Position numbers and translations under genes: made by a program | Assembly: GCA_963707985.1 (NCBI GenBank) | Contig: CAVPRW010000025.1 | Location: 128,001-192,000, forward strand | Source of the DNA: an uncultured Nitrospinota bacterium | GTDB taxonomy: Bacteria > Tectomicrobia > Entotheonellia > J063 > CAVPRW01 | Direction of reading: 5' to 3' | Length of the DNA stretch: 64,000 nt | Shown here: piece after piece, positions 10,648 to 21,879 of the stretch | Position numbering within the stretch: the stretch's first letter is position 1 | Layout of the letters: each line of letters starts with the position of its first letter | Notes under the pieces: model-generated | The model's input: only the letters and a program-made list of their open reading frames with translations | Database searches by the model: none | Told to the model about the DNA's origin: nothing

Positions 10648-11409
10648 ATGCCAAAAACACAGGTCAATGGCATCGATTTGTACTACGAGGTGCATGGGGA
10701 TGGCCCGGCCATCGTGTTTGCTCATGGGGCCGGCGGCAACCACTTGAGTTGGTGGCAGCAGGTGCCGGTGTTCGCGCGGCAGTATCGCTGCGTTACCTTC
10801 GATCATCGAGGATTCGGGCAATCTCCTGATATCCCGGATGGACCAGGCAGCCAGGCCTTCGTCGAGGATCTCAAACAGCTACTCGATCACCTTCAGATCG
10901 AGCGTGCCTCGTTAGTGGCCCAATCAATGGGGGGCAGGACTTGCCTGGGATACACTCTGACCTATCCGGACCGTGTGCAAGCGCTGGTGATGGCCGACAC
11001 CACGGGTGGTTTCGCCGATGCCCGTATGGCCCAACTACGCGCTGAGGGCGAAGTTGCGATGGCCGGGGCGAATCCACCGCCACGCACCTATGCCCGACAT
11101 TTCCCCGCGGAGCAACCGGCGCCGGCGTTTCTCTATGAGCAAATTCGCGCCCTCAATCCCCCTCGTCGCGAAGCCTCAGTACCTGGTCTGACCGCCGAGG
11201 TAGTCCGAGCGCTGCAGACACCCACGTTGCTGATCGTTGGCGAGCACGACGTGATTGCGCCGCCGGCAATCATGAAAATGTTCCAAAGCTATATCCCGCA
11301 CGCGCGTCTGGCGGAGGTGGGCGGGGCGGGGCATTCCGTCTACTTCGAGAAACCTGAAGCCTTTAATCGCACTGTGTTAGAATTTTTCAAGGAGGTCATA
11401 GCACCATAG
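10648..11409 (+). CDS. Alpha/beta hydrolase
   Basis: HGAGG oxyanion loop, AQSMGG nucleophile elbow, GEHD, AGHS. Confidence 0.92.
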   Translation: MPKTQVNGIDLYYEVHGDGPAIVFAHGAGGNHLSWWQQVPVFARQYRCVTFDHRGFGQSPDIPDGPGSQAFVEDLKQLLDHLQIERASLVAQSMGGRTCLGYTLTYPDRVQALVMADTTGGFADARMAQLRAEGEVAMAGANPPPRTYARHFPAEQPAPAFLYEQIRALNPPRREASVPGLTAEVVRALQTPTLLIVGEHDVIAPPAIMKMFQSYIPHARLAEVGGAGHSVYFEKPEAFNRTVLEFFKEVIAP

Positions 11410-11435
11410 ATACACCCTCGTCGTGCGCTCCGAGC

Positions 11436-12104
11436 TCACTCGGCTGGAAAGACCCGCGGCAGCTCATCCAGACGTGCCAGCACGACGTCCGGGGCGATTC
11501 CCATGGCGTCGGCTTGCGCGCCTGTGCGATTCACCCAGGCCACCTGAAAACCATAGGCTTTCGCCCCCATGACGTCGAAGGAGTTCGATGAAACGAACAC
11601 GATGTCCTCCTTCAGTAGTTCAAGCACTGTAGGGACCAGGGAGTAGACCTGTGGGGCAGGCTTGTAGACGTGGACTTGGTCGGCACTCAAGATGTGGGTG
11701 AATTTTCCGGCAAGCCCACTCGACATGACAGCGGCTTCCAACATAGACGGTGCCCCGTTCGAAAGGATCAGGCAGGGGCGTGGAGCCAGGGCCGCAAGGG
11801 TCGCAGGAATTTCTGGATATGGCGACAGATGCAAGTAGGTATCGAGGATGGCTGCTCGTTGGGCCGGCGTTACCTCGATGCCGAAGGTTTTGAGGGCAAA
11901 TTGCAGGGCTTCATCGGTGACTGTCCAGAAGTCCACATAGCGACCCATGAGCGAGTGTAGCCAGGAATACTCGAGCTGTTTTGCCCGCCACTGTATGCTG
12001 ACGGACTCAGCGTCCGCTGTCAGGCTCTGGAGCGCAACCACCACTGAGTGGACATCGAAGAGCGTACCATAGGCATCGAACACGAAGGCTTGCGCTCTGC
12101 TCAT
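11436..12104 (-). CDS. Haloacid dehalogenase type II (HAD)
   Basis: FDAYGTLFDV, WRAKQLEY, LSNG, YKP, VSSNSFDVMGA. Confidence 0.93.
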   Translation of the reverse strand: MSRAQAFVFDAYGTLFDVHSVVVALQSLTADAESVSIQWRAKQLEYSWLHSLMGRYVDFWTVTDEALQFALKTFGIEVTPAQRAAILDTYLHLSPYPEIPATLAALAPRPCLILSNGAPSMLEAAVMSSGLAGKFTHILSADQVHVYKPAPQVYSLVPTVLELLKEDIVFVSSNSFDVMGAKAYGFQVAWVNRTGAQADAMGIAPDVVLARLDELPRVFPAE

Positions 12105-12349
12105 ACGCTATTCCTCCTGGTTCCGTGCTCGGGGGGAGGTCGCAAACGCAGACTCTTCCCACCCAGAGTCGAGCACCACGAGCTCTCTGGGGATCGGACC
12201 AATCCTTACAGAGGTCTCGGAATTTTGCTTGACATGTGGTGGGGTCTGGAGTACTCAGAACGCAGATTTTTCACGCCTGCCACACCTATCACACATGACC
12301 GCTACTGTCTAGCCGATTCGGCCGACGTGTACCCCTGGGGAGGAGGCCG

Positions 12350-12763
12350 ATGCGCCGCCCGAGCTGCGGATTTGAGAATCCGGTGGGAAAGAGGCTTTTC
12401 GGGCAGTATGCCACGCCACTCACCGGCTCGTGTCCGACATGTGGCTTTGCGAACCCGCCCAGCTTTCCTTTTTGTGCCGAATGTGCCACACGGCTCATGA
12501 ACTCTCCGGCAGCCGCTCCACCCCAGGCTCCGCTCAGCTACACGCGCAGGCATCCCGCCATGCAGATCCTTACCTCCAAGACTGCCCTCGAAGGCAAACG
12601 CAAGCAGATCATCGTCCTGTTCGAGGACCTCAAAGACTCAATGAAATTGCTGGCCCAGCGTGATCCCGAAGAAGCCCGCCAACTCCTCAACCCGGTGCTC
12701 GAGCACCTGATGGACCCGGTGTACCGCTGGTCCGGGGAATGTGACAAGGGATTCAGGGGTTAG
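12350..12763 (+). pseudogene. Truncated double-zinc-ribbon adenylate/guanylate cyclase
   Basis: Degenerate CxxC ribbons, PLSYT, LEGKRKQIIVLFEDLKDS, DPEEARQLL; stops near the start of the cyclase domain. Confidence 0.8.
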
Positions 12764-12793
12764 GCGGCAATGACTTTTCTCTAGGAGCCTTCC

Positions 12794-13741
12794 ATGCAGC
12801 CAACAGCTGACAGTCGGCAATACGTTACAAATCCCGGAGACGCAAGTCTGTATGGCGCGGGTTACGCCGAGTTCATGCGTCGCTCAAACGTCAGGCTTCA
12901 TTCAGCCCCCCCAATAGCCGCACTCATATCGGACAACGTTAATCCCGGCAATGCCACAACAAGGATACTTGATCTTGGGTGTGGTGACGGGGTGATGACA
13001 TCACTCTATCTCTCCGAGCTCATGAAGAGATCTTCCGCCCAGGAGTTTAATGTGACTTTGGTCGACCCTGCCGCTGATGCTCTTTCGAAAGCTGAGGAAT
13101 TAATTCTTTGCCTGGGTTCAAGGTTAAAGACGTCATGCCTGAACACCACAGCGGAGTCCTTCGTCCAAACGATGGAAGCAAAGTATGATATTATCACTGC
13201 GCTATGGATCTTTTATCACATAACGCCGGATGCGATTGTTGGTATTCTTGGAATGCTTGAGCAGAATGGATTACTGCTAATATCCATGGGTAGTCCTACG
13301 CATCCGATAAAATCATACGGTAAACTTGAGCAACTTTCCCGCCATGGGGACTCCCGTCCCGTTGAAAAATTCTTGGTGACTGCGCGATCAAGAGGCATTT
13401 TGACTTTTGATCGTCTTTCCATACCCACACAGATCGAACTGAATGGACTATGGGAAAGAGGAATCGGCGTGACCAATGCTGGTAAAGAGTTTTTCTCATT
13501 TATGTTCAACAGAGACTTTGAACAATTTCCCCTGGACTTCAAACTAGAATTAGACACCCTGATGGAACGAATCACCGGAGATCAGGATGGCATAGCGTCG
13601 CACGATCACTTTTTATACGTGGTCAGACCGTTAAACGAGCGCCACCTACCCCCGGATACCAAGAGCAGGTGTCAGGAACCATTATTGATGAAGAGGGGAG
13701 CAGGCAAGGGTTACGCTGGGGTAGGGCCCGGCGGGACCTAA
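12794..13741 (+). CDS. Class I SAM-dependent methyltransferase (probable gene-cassette ORF)
   Basis: ILDLGCGDG motif I, LVDP, KYDII; visibly lower GC than the flanks; RBS AGGAG. Confidence 0.8.
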   Translation: MQPTADSRQYVTNPGDASLYGAGYAEFMRRSNVRLHSAPPIAALISDNVNPGNATTRILDLGCGDGVMTSLYLSELMKRSSAQEFNVTLVDPAADALSKAEELILCLGSRLKTSCLNTTAESFVQTMEAKYDIITALWIFYHITPDAIVGILGMLEQNGLLLISMGSPTHPIKSYGKLEQLSRHGDSRPVEKFLVTARSRGILTFDRLSIPTQIELNGLWERGIGVTNAGKEFFSFMFNRDFEQFPLDFKLELDTLMERITGDQDGIASHDHFLYVVRPLNERHLPPDTKSRCQEPLLMKRGAGKGYAGVGPGGT

Positions 13742-13823
13742 CGTCGGCCTTACAGCTGACTGCTGAGAGCCATGCTCCTGCGTCGCTCCGGCCTTCGGCT
13801 GCAGCTGAAGGCCAGCATGAGAG
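13736..13823 (+). mobile_element. Degenerate integron attC-like site
   Basis: ACCTAAC (RYYYAAC) overlaps the stop codon; inner repeats GGCCTT-A-CAGCTG / CAGCTGAAGGCC with one extrahelical base; right core decayed to ATGAGAG. Confidence 0.6.
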
Positions 13824-13938
13824 GGCAACCAATCGAACAAGCGGATCAAATGTGGGATGGGCCGCGGACACGCCTGGCTCTTCCCCCGGCTGGCATCCCG
13901 TTTGCCAGAGAACCGTCCGCGCTTTGAAGAGGCGCTGG

Positions 13939-14260
13939 ATGGTGGGACCATTTCTCAAGGATATCCCGCATCGGGACCGCAGCTTGTCGTTCTGGCACTA
14001 CAACACTTCCAAACGGGGGATAACGCTCAATCTGGACACCTCGGAGGGCAAGGACCTGTTCCGACGCCTTGTGCCGTCGACCGATATCCTCCTGGAAACT
14101 GAGGCCCCTGGGTATTTACCGAGCCTGGGATTGGGGTATGAAGCACTAGCGTGTCTGAACTCCAGGCTCATCAGGTGTTCGCTGACGCCTTTTGGCCAGA
14201 CCGGACCGTGGCGCGATTATCAGACCTCGGACCTGTTGCACCTGGCCGCGGGTGGGCAGA
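13939..14260 (+). pseudogene. Internal fragment of a CaiB/BaiF CoA-transferase
   Basis: GPFLKDIPHRDRSLSFWHYNTSKRGITLNL...TPFGQTGPWRDY, paralogous to 5427..6683; both ends missing. Confidence 0.85.
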
Positions 14261-14617
14261 GTCGATCAAGGCGCCCGTGTTTGCAGCCTCCCATGCCACT
14301 TCAGCGGTATTGCCGTGCCGAAGTCGTGACGGCATCCCCCACCTGGCCTTTTCCGGCAGATGTGGCGTGAGAGACTATAGCGGAGCGATCTCTGGAGCGA
14401 TCACCCTCTCCAACCCCCATCTCACTGCGCGTCTACAAAATCGTGATACAATACTGTAGCATCGAAAGGAATGGTACGAGCTGCGTTCCTGATGGGAGAA
14501 TTGACCTTCAATCCATTCTTTTCCCGTACATGCATCAAGGTTCGGCGAGCTGCAGGGGACCGGAGAAAAAATGCTCCCAAAGGACGGCAGATGATACGTT
14601 CGAAAGACATTCCTATT

Positions 14618-14650
14618 CCCCTTCTCCACCGGGAGAGGGTGGGGTGAGGG
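14618..14650. repeat. REP-like unit
   Basis: CCCTTCTCCACCGGGAGAGGGTGGGGTGAGGG, same family as the 5251 element. Confidence 0.55.
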
Positions 14651-14779
14651 TCGAATAGGGTCAGGAAGAATGGTTACGGTTGGAAGATCACGATACGCTG
14701 ATCTCAAAACCGCTATAAAAGTGGCGTCCTGGCATAAAAAATTTCGCAGTCCTTCTGACCATCTTGAAAAGAGAGACAG

Positions 14780-17700
14780 ATGCTTGACGAAATGCGTGTC
14801 AACGACGAGCCGCTGAGTACCAACGATATCAGGCAGCTAGAGAACGCCGATGAGATCACGCATTTCTTTGCCAAACTGCGTTATGACGTCGATCAACGGA
14901 CCAATATCCCGGATTATGGCGTGCTGGGCATGGGTAGCGCAGAGATGCGCCAGCATATTTACAAGATCGAACTGATCGGCAAAGATCCTATAGACCGGGA
15001 CATTAGTATTTACCTGTTCGAAGTGCGCTCGGTGACCGCGAAACTGCGCAACGACATCGCCCGCCGCTTCCGTGAACGCCCGGAAAACGCCATCCTCGTC
15101 ATGACGAACGACTACGAAGAACTGGAATTCGTCCTGCTAGATCGCCTTGTTTCCAGGAGCCAGAGCCGTCGGGTTGCCCTCAAACAGGCCATTCGTCCTA
15201 TTCCGCTTACGGTCAATCGACTGAATCCCAAGCCAGTAGCGCTACGTGTGCTGAAGCGCTTCACGTTCACGGAAGAGGATGCGGCCTACCAGTGGGAGAA
15301 GCTGCGTTCTGCATACATGTTGGCGGAGTGGAGCGAAGAATACTTCAACAACCGCGCCCTGTTCTCAGATTACTACCTGAAGCAGCGCCTGACCGACCCT
15401 CAGCTCACGCCGGAGTGGAACGAGGATGTGCGCCCTGTCGGGCGCGAGATCTATAGACATATGATTACCGCCCGTACAAACTTACACCCACCACGCGGAG
15501 GACGTGATCCGCAAGGGACTGTACGAGCCGGTGCTCAAGCTGCTCGGCTTTGATTTCGTGAAGCAGAAGTCTGGTGCGTCGTCGGCTGCGTCAGCAGATT
15601 ACCTGCTCTACACACCCGGTGACAAATCGAAACCCGTCGCTGCGGCACTGACCTATGTGTGGAACCGCAACCTTGACGATGTGGACACGTTGCGTGAGCC
15701 CGCAGAGCACGACGGCGGTACGCCGTTGGAAATTCCAGGCGCGAAGGTGGTCAGCTTGCTGGAAAAACAGGACGTCCCCTGGGTGATTGTCACCAACGGC
15801 AAGCTGTGGCGTCTATACTCCTCAATGGCGAGCAACAAAGCGACCAACTACTACGAGGTCGACCTGGAAGAAGCCGTCGCCGCCAACGATCAGATCACCG
15901 CGCTGAAGTACTGGTGGCTGATGTTCCGCCAGCAGGCAGTTACTGGCTTCCTCGACAAGCTGCTGAAAAACTCCGCCGAGTACGCGAAAGAGCTGGGCGA
16001 TCGGTTGAAAGACCGCGTCTTCGTGGAGATCTTCCCACAGTTTGCCAAGGGCTTCATCGCGGATATGCGCGCCAAGGGCATCAGCGACCTCGATGATGCG
16101 GCGCTAGCGACGGTGTTCTCTGGTACGATGACCTTCCTCTACCGCCTGATGTTTACCCTGTATGCGGAGAGCTTGGAACTCCTGCCTCTGCACGATGTGC
16201 GCGGCTACGGCGAACACAGCCTCGATCGGATGAAGCATGAGATCTCGGATGCAGGTGGCACGGTGTGGGATGAATCGCTGGATAAGCTCGGCAACGAGTA
16301 CAAGAGCGACTCAACCGCACTCTACGAACGAATGCAGGCGCTGTTCACCCTCATCGATCAAGGGTCGGATGAACTCAACATGCCGACCTATAACGGCGGT
16401 CTGTTCAGCCAGGAGACGGACAGCGGCCAGTTCCTTGCCACCTATGCCATCCCGGACCGCTATCTCGCCCTCGGACTCGACCGGCTGACCCGCGATGTGG
16501 ACGACCGCACGCAAGCGCTGGTGTTTATCGACTTCAAATCGCTCGGGGTGCGGCATTTGGGCAGCATCTATGAAGGGCTGCTGGAGTTCAAGCTCCGGAT
16601 CGCCGGGGAGAAGCTCGCCGTCACGAAGGAAAAAGGGAAGGAAGTCTACAAGCCCGCCATGCAGGTCAAGAAGCCATTGGCGATCATCGACAAGGGCGAG
16701 GTCTACCTCGAAAATGACAAGCGGGAGCGCAAAGCGACCGGCAGCTACTATACGCCGGATTACATCGTCAAGTATATCGTGCGGCATACCGTCGGTCCGG
16801 TGTTGGATCGCAAACTTGAGGCACTTGAAAGTCCTCTGCGAGAGGCTCAGCGCGACTACCGCCAGTATGTGAAGCTGGTTGAGGCCCGCGCGACAAAGCC
16901 TTTGGGCATTCCTTGAGAAGACCCGTGATGACATCCTGAACGATATGGAGCGCCAGAAAGTCACGATCGACAAGAACCGGCTTACGCGCGTATCTCTACT
17001 GAAGCGCGCCGTGCTGAAACGCTGTGTCTACGGCGTTGACCTGAACGCCATGGCGGTGGAACTGGCGAAGGTCAGCTTGTGGCTGGATGCATTTACGCTG
17101 GGCGCACCGCTGAGCTTCCTCGATCATCACCTGAAGCACGGCAATAGCTTGATCGGAGCGCGGATAACGGATGTGCAGGATTATCTGCGCGGCGGCGGAG
17201 GGCCGGAACAGATAGATATGTTTAGCGGAAGCGAGTTTGCCGGAGTGATGCTGGCGACCGACTTGATGCGGCAGGTAAGCTATCTGAGCGACAACACCAT
17301 TGAGCAGACTCGTCAGAGTGCCCAGGCGTACCGTGATGCCAGCGACCATCTCGCACCCTACAAGCGACTGTTGGATGTGTACACCTCTCGCTGGTTCAGC
17401 AACAGTCGGTATGCGACCAAAAAGACTGATAGCCTACGCCTGTTCCTAAAGGACAGCCAAACTAAGACTTGGCTGAGAGCCCCGCGGACCACACTCGACG
17501 ATACGTCGTACCCTGCGACAGACATCGCTGCAAATGCCTTGCAAGCAGCCGATGAGAAACGCTTCTTCCACTGGGAACTGGAATTCCCAGAGGTATTCTT
17601 TGCGCCGAGTAGGCAAGGTAGACAGGACGTGCAACTATCGGCGGATGGCGGTTTCGACACTGTAGTGGGTAATCCTCCCTGGGGTGGCGAAATTGACAAA

Positions 17701-19944
17701 ACTACTTACGGGTATCTGAAGGAGATATCTGCAGATTTACATCAACGATTACCAGACACTACCAAATATTTCTTTGGAGCGATTCATAGAATAGTCAAAC
17801 AATTTGGGGGAATTGGCCAAATCGTTCCAAATGTATTACTATATTCCTATGAATATGAAAATTGGCGGAATCTACTCTTAGAACATTACACACTTTATGA
17901 CATCATCAACCTTGGCGAGGGTGTATTCGATGATGGAACAGCCCCGTGCTGTGTGATAACCGCTGAAAAATCAGCCGTGCGTCCTGACAATGTTGTTCGC
18001 ATTTGGGAGTTGCGGTACATACAAAGGGTTTTGCTCCCACAACTTCCGAAAGAATATGTGGTTGAAGTCAGTCAGGAACAATTTAAACAACTTCCTAATC
18101 ACATCTTCGTGAGTGATATATTTGGAACACAACTGTTGCCACAGATTTATAAACTCTCTGACGAAGTAAGAAAATTGGCTTCAAGTATTTCCCTTGGTGT
18201 ACATACTGGAGCGAATGAGGCATATATCCTGAGCTCTAAGATAGCTGAAGAACACGATATCGAGTTAGATGCTCGATGGAAATTACTTACTGGTAGTGAC
18301 ATAGATCGATATTATACGGAACAATTCCCGCCTCATGAGATACTATTTGTTGGCTGGGACTTCGACGCGAGATCTCACCCCAATACCATACGTTATCTTG
18401 AAAACTTTAAGACAAAGCTTTCACAAAGGCGTGAAGCAAAACAGGGGAAAATGTCATGGTTTGCGCTCCATTGGCCCAGATATATCGAGTTGTATGATTC
18501 ACCCAAAATAATGTGTCGTCAAACAGCCGACACCCTTATTGCCACTGTAGATACATACAATTACTGTGCACTGAATAGCACGATCATCATAAAGCCTGAT
18601 TCTAATGATTACTCACCTTATTTCTGGATAGCAATTCTTAATTCACGATTGCAATCTTACCTATATAACTTATTCGCACAAGAAGAAGATAGAGCTTTTG
18701 CCGAGGTAAAGCCTGCCAACTTACGAAAACTCCCTATACGCCGCATCACTTTCACAACTTCAGTTAATGAGCGCGAACAGCTGACACGCGAAGCCATTGG
18801 CGCGTCTGACATCGGCGATCACGCAGGCGTGATCGAGCGCGTGCAGGCCGCCCTCAATGCGAACAAGACCGATATGGTTCACGATCTGCTGGCGCATCTG
18901 GCCCAGCGCATGATCAATCTTAACAAACAGCAACATGGCGAGGTCAAACGCTTTTTGGACTGGCTTGAGAAACGGTTCCAAATCCGGCCAGATAAGAACG
19001 GCGCGGCGGGCATCGACAGCTTAACCGGTAAGACAATCCTTCAGGGCTACTTGGGCGATTATCAGAAAGGCAAGGACGAACTCCCGTGGCGCGAATTCTA
19101 CTACCGCCTGTACCAGAACCGCAACCGCTTCGCCGTCTCGCTGAGCGATGTGGAGGGCGAAATCCAGCGCGAGTATGAAAATTCTCTCGCGACGCTCATC
19201 CCCATCAAGCGCGACCTCGCCCGCACGGATGCGCTCATCGACAAGATCGTGTACCGCCTCTACGGGTTGACGGACGAAGAGATCGAACTCATCGAACGTC
19301 CGCAGTACGAGCAGGCCCTCGCGGACGCCAAAGCGCAGGTCGTCGCGGACGAGGCGATCACGGACGATGAGGAGAAGATCGAGAAGATCGCGGAAGGCAT
19401 CCTGCCCGCCGCCCGTCGCTTCTTCGACCGCGTCGAACCTACCTCCGTCGAAGGACGGCTCGACAGCGAGCTTCCCAACTGGCGCAGTCTGCCGCCAGAT
19501 GCGCCCACCTTCCTGCTCACGGGCGATTACAACCTGCAAACCCTCCCCGATCACATGGACTTCTCGACGAGTATCATCCCGTATACAAAGGCCGTGGAAG
19601 TCGTCTTGAGCCAGTTGATTTTTATCCCGTTCCGTCAGCAGTACACCGACGCGGATTGCACGAACGACTTCCTGAAGAAGTTCATGCGCGGCGAGAAAGA
19701 CCTGACGCTCGGCAGCTTTATGATTATCCTCAGTAGCAGCCGGGAAACTGCCCTGCGGAACTTCATCAGTCGCATGTATGCCGACGCGGCGACGCGCGTG
19801 TTCGGGGATCAGGGACTGGTTATTATCCTGAACGATGAGGAGATGCGCGACGTCCGCAACAAAGCGGCCCATGATGAGGTCCTCAGCCGTGAGGAGGCAC
19901 AACAAACGCGGTCGTGGGCCATGAAAATATTGGGGCACGTATAG
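14780..19944 (+). CDS. Eco57I/type IIG-like N6-adenine methyltransferase-specificity protein with C-terminal HEPN-like domain (three ORFs; frameshift near 15485, apparent deletion near 16900)
   Basis: TNGKLWRLY, YNGGLF, LGSIYEGLLE, RKATGSYYTP, YGVDLN, FFHWELEFPEVF, GNPPW, TaqI-C-like TRD, VYRLYGLT, then about 200 extra residues ending in RNKAAH. Confidence 0.85.
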
Positions 19945-19986
19945 ACCACCCCGCGTGTGAGACTCTTGCATAGGGATGATGAACGT

Positions 19987-20303
19987 ATGAACAAGCAGTA
20001 TGTTGAGCACAGAGAGGATGTTTACTGGGTCACTGGAACGCGCGTGTCCCTCGACTCCATCGTTTACGCCTTTTTGGAGGGGCAGACGGCGGAGAGCATC
20101 GCCCAGTCCTTTCCTGTTCTGACATTGGAACAGGTGTACGGCGCGATCACCTTTTATCTCGCCAATCGTCTGACATTGACGCCTATTTGCGGCGCGAGGA
20201 GGCGGAGTTTGAAGCGTTGCGCCAGGCCTGGCGCACGCAAGACGCGATGTTTTATCAGAAAATGGCCGATGCCCGACGCCAGAAACAGGCCAAACAAGCA
20301 TGA
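19987..20303 (+). CDS. DUF433 antitoxin (VapB45-like), frameshift near 20170
   Basis: GTRVSLDSIV...FPVLTLEQVYGAITFYLAN; shifted frame continues DIDAYL...KQA and its stop overlaps the next ATG (ATGA). Confidence 0.85.
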
Positions 20304-20650
20304 CCGTGCGGTTTCAGGCCGACGCCAATCTGAACCAGATTATCCTCTTAGCCGCGCGACGACGGGAACCAGCGCTAGATTTTCAAACAGCTTTGCAGGC
20401 TGAGCTCTCGGGTGTGAACGATCCGGAAGTCTTGGCGCGCGCAGCACGCGAGGGGCGGATCCTTGTGACGCACGACCGGAAAACGATGCCCCGACATTTT
20501 TATGCGTTCATCACCACGGTCACCAGTGCAGGAGTATTGATTGTCCCTCAACATCTTCCGGTCGCTGCTGCGGTCGACGACCTCCTGTTGATCTGGCATA
20601 CTACCGAGGCTGAGGAATGGATCAACCAAATCCGCTCCCTGCCGCTTTGA
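20300..20650 (+). CDS. DUF5615 PIN-like toxin (VapC45-like)
   Basis: RFQADANL, DPEVLARAAREGRILVTHDRKTM; coupled to DUF433. Confidence 0.85.
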   Translation: MTVRFQADANLNQIILLAARRREPALDFQTALQAELSGVNDPEVLARAAREGRILVTHDRKTMPRHFYAFITTVTSAGVLIVPQHLPVAAAVDDLLLIWHTTEAEEWINQIRSLPL

Positions 20651-20674
20651 CGTGCCGGTGGAGTCCCATACACA

Positions 20675-20886
20675 TTGGTTACAGCGCGAATCCCCTACGT
20701 AATTGACAACATTGCAAACCGCCTCGCTGACGTGCTGAATAACCTGCTGCAGCGCGAACAGGGTCAGCAGGTCGATATCGCGACGGCGTATTTCAGCATC
20801 CGCGGCTTTGAGCTACTACGGAATGCTTTGCCTGGAGTGCGGCATTTTCGGCTGCTGTTGGGGGATAAACTGCTCGAAGGCGAGGA
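20675..20886 (+). pseudogene. Orphan 5' fragment of the PLD-helicase gene (direct repeat of 21886-22085)
   Basis: RIPYVIDN...VDIATAYFSIRGF...EGE; 29 mismatches over 200 nt versus the full copy by manual alignment. Confidence 0.9.
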
Positions 20887-20894
20887 GAACCGCG

Positions 20895-21116
20895 ATGACC
20901 ATTGCGGAGATTTTACAACAGGCCAAGGCCTTGAGCGTGCAAGAGCGCAAAGAATTGGTCAAGTTGCTGATCGATTCGCTAGATGTGCCTGAAGCAGTAC
21001 CGCGTGAGCAGCGGCGCTTATCTGAACTGCGCGGGCTGGGCAAAGAAATCTGGGGAGGCATTGACGCACAGGACTACGTAAATCAGCTTCGCAGCGAATG
21101 GGACGAACGTCCGTGA
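20895..21116 (+). CDS. Putative antitoxin
   Basis: MTIAEILQQAKALS...LRGLGKEIWGGIDAQDYVNQLRSEWD; GTGA overlap with the PIN gene. Confidence 0.75.
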   Translation: MTIAEILQQAKALSVQERKELVKLLIDSLDVPEAVPREQRRLSELRGLGKEIWGGIDAQDYVNQLRSEWDERP

Positions 21117-21574
21117 AAATTCGCGATGCGCTAGAAGGAGTCCAACGGCTGTACACTGAAACTGCACCGCTGATTTACTATGTCGAAGAAAACCCAGCTT
21201 ACGTATCGAGGATGGATGCCATTATTGCAGCGATTGAAGATAGGCCGATTGAGGCGGTTAGCTCGGTGATTACACTGACGGAAGTTCTGACGCATCCTCT
21301 ACAGCTGGGCAACGCCAGGCTCGTGCAAGAATACCGTGATATCTTGCTGAACAGCAGGAGATTTCGCTTGCTGCCGATCACCTCTCGAATTGCAGAGTCT
21401 GCCGCTGATTTGCGTGCCCGCTATAACCTTCGAACGCCGGATGCGCTTCATGTCGCGGCTGGTATGGATGCCAGGTGTGATGCCTTTCTGACCAACGATG
21501 AGGGCATCAAGCGCGTTACAGAGCTCGCCGTATTGGTGCTGGATGAAATGGAGCTCGACTCCCCAGAGGCATAG
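21113..21574 (+). CDS. vapC: PIN-domain VapC toxin
   Basis: ETAPLIY, SVITLTEVL, LRARYNLRTPDALHVA, FLTND. Confidence 0.9.
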   Translation: MKIRDALEGVQRLYTETAPLIYYVEENPAYVSRMDAIIAAIEDRPIEAVSSVITLTEVLTHPLQLGNARLVQEYRDILLNSRRFRLLPITSRIAESAADLRARYNLRTPDALHVAAGMDARCDAFLTNDEGIKRVTELAVLVLDEMELDSPEA

Positions 21575-21652
21575 CATGAACCCTGCAACGCGGCCCTATG
21601 CATTTTCATAGGCCACAGACTTTCCGATGTGAATATTTGTGAGGTTATTGGC

Positions 21653-21841
21653 ATGAACGAGGAAAAACATTGGGGACAACAACTCCTGAAGCTGTTGGAT
21701 TCGCTAGATATGGATGGGTGGGACGCCTTGGGGATTGACGATCCGGTCGAGTGGGTGAAGGCAGTACGTCTGCAGGGTTTATCGCGTCTGGATGCTTATT
21801 GGAATGGTACTGAAGAAGATTCGGAAGAAGACAGTGTGTAG
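21653..21841 (+). CDS. Small acidic antitoxin-like hypothetical protein
   Basis: 62-aa ORF with IDDPVEWVKAVR, resembling the tail of the upstream antitoxin; no toxin partner. Confidence 0.4.
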   Translation: MNEEKHWGQQLLKLLDSLDMDGWDALGIDDPVEWVKAVRLQGLSRLDAYWNGTEEDSEEDSV

Positions 21842-21879
21842 TTTGCCTCGATTTCGCAATTCATCGGAGTTATGCGGCC

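Noticed and set aside
13667..13688. GGTGTCAGGAACCATTATTGA as a mobile-element end
   Set aside because: No inverted partner or transposase nearby, so it cannot be supported.
19021..20301. Long antisense ORFs (this 426-aa one, also 43940..44824 and 56421..57362)
   Set aside because: Shadows of well-supported plus-strand genes in GC-rich DNA, with no motifs of their own.
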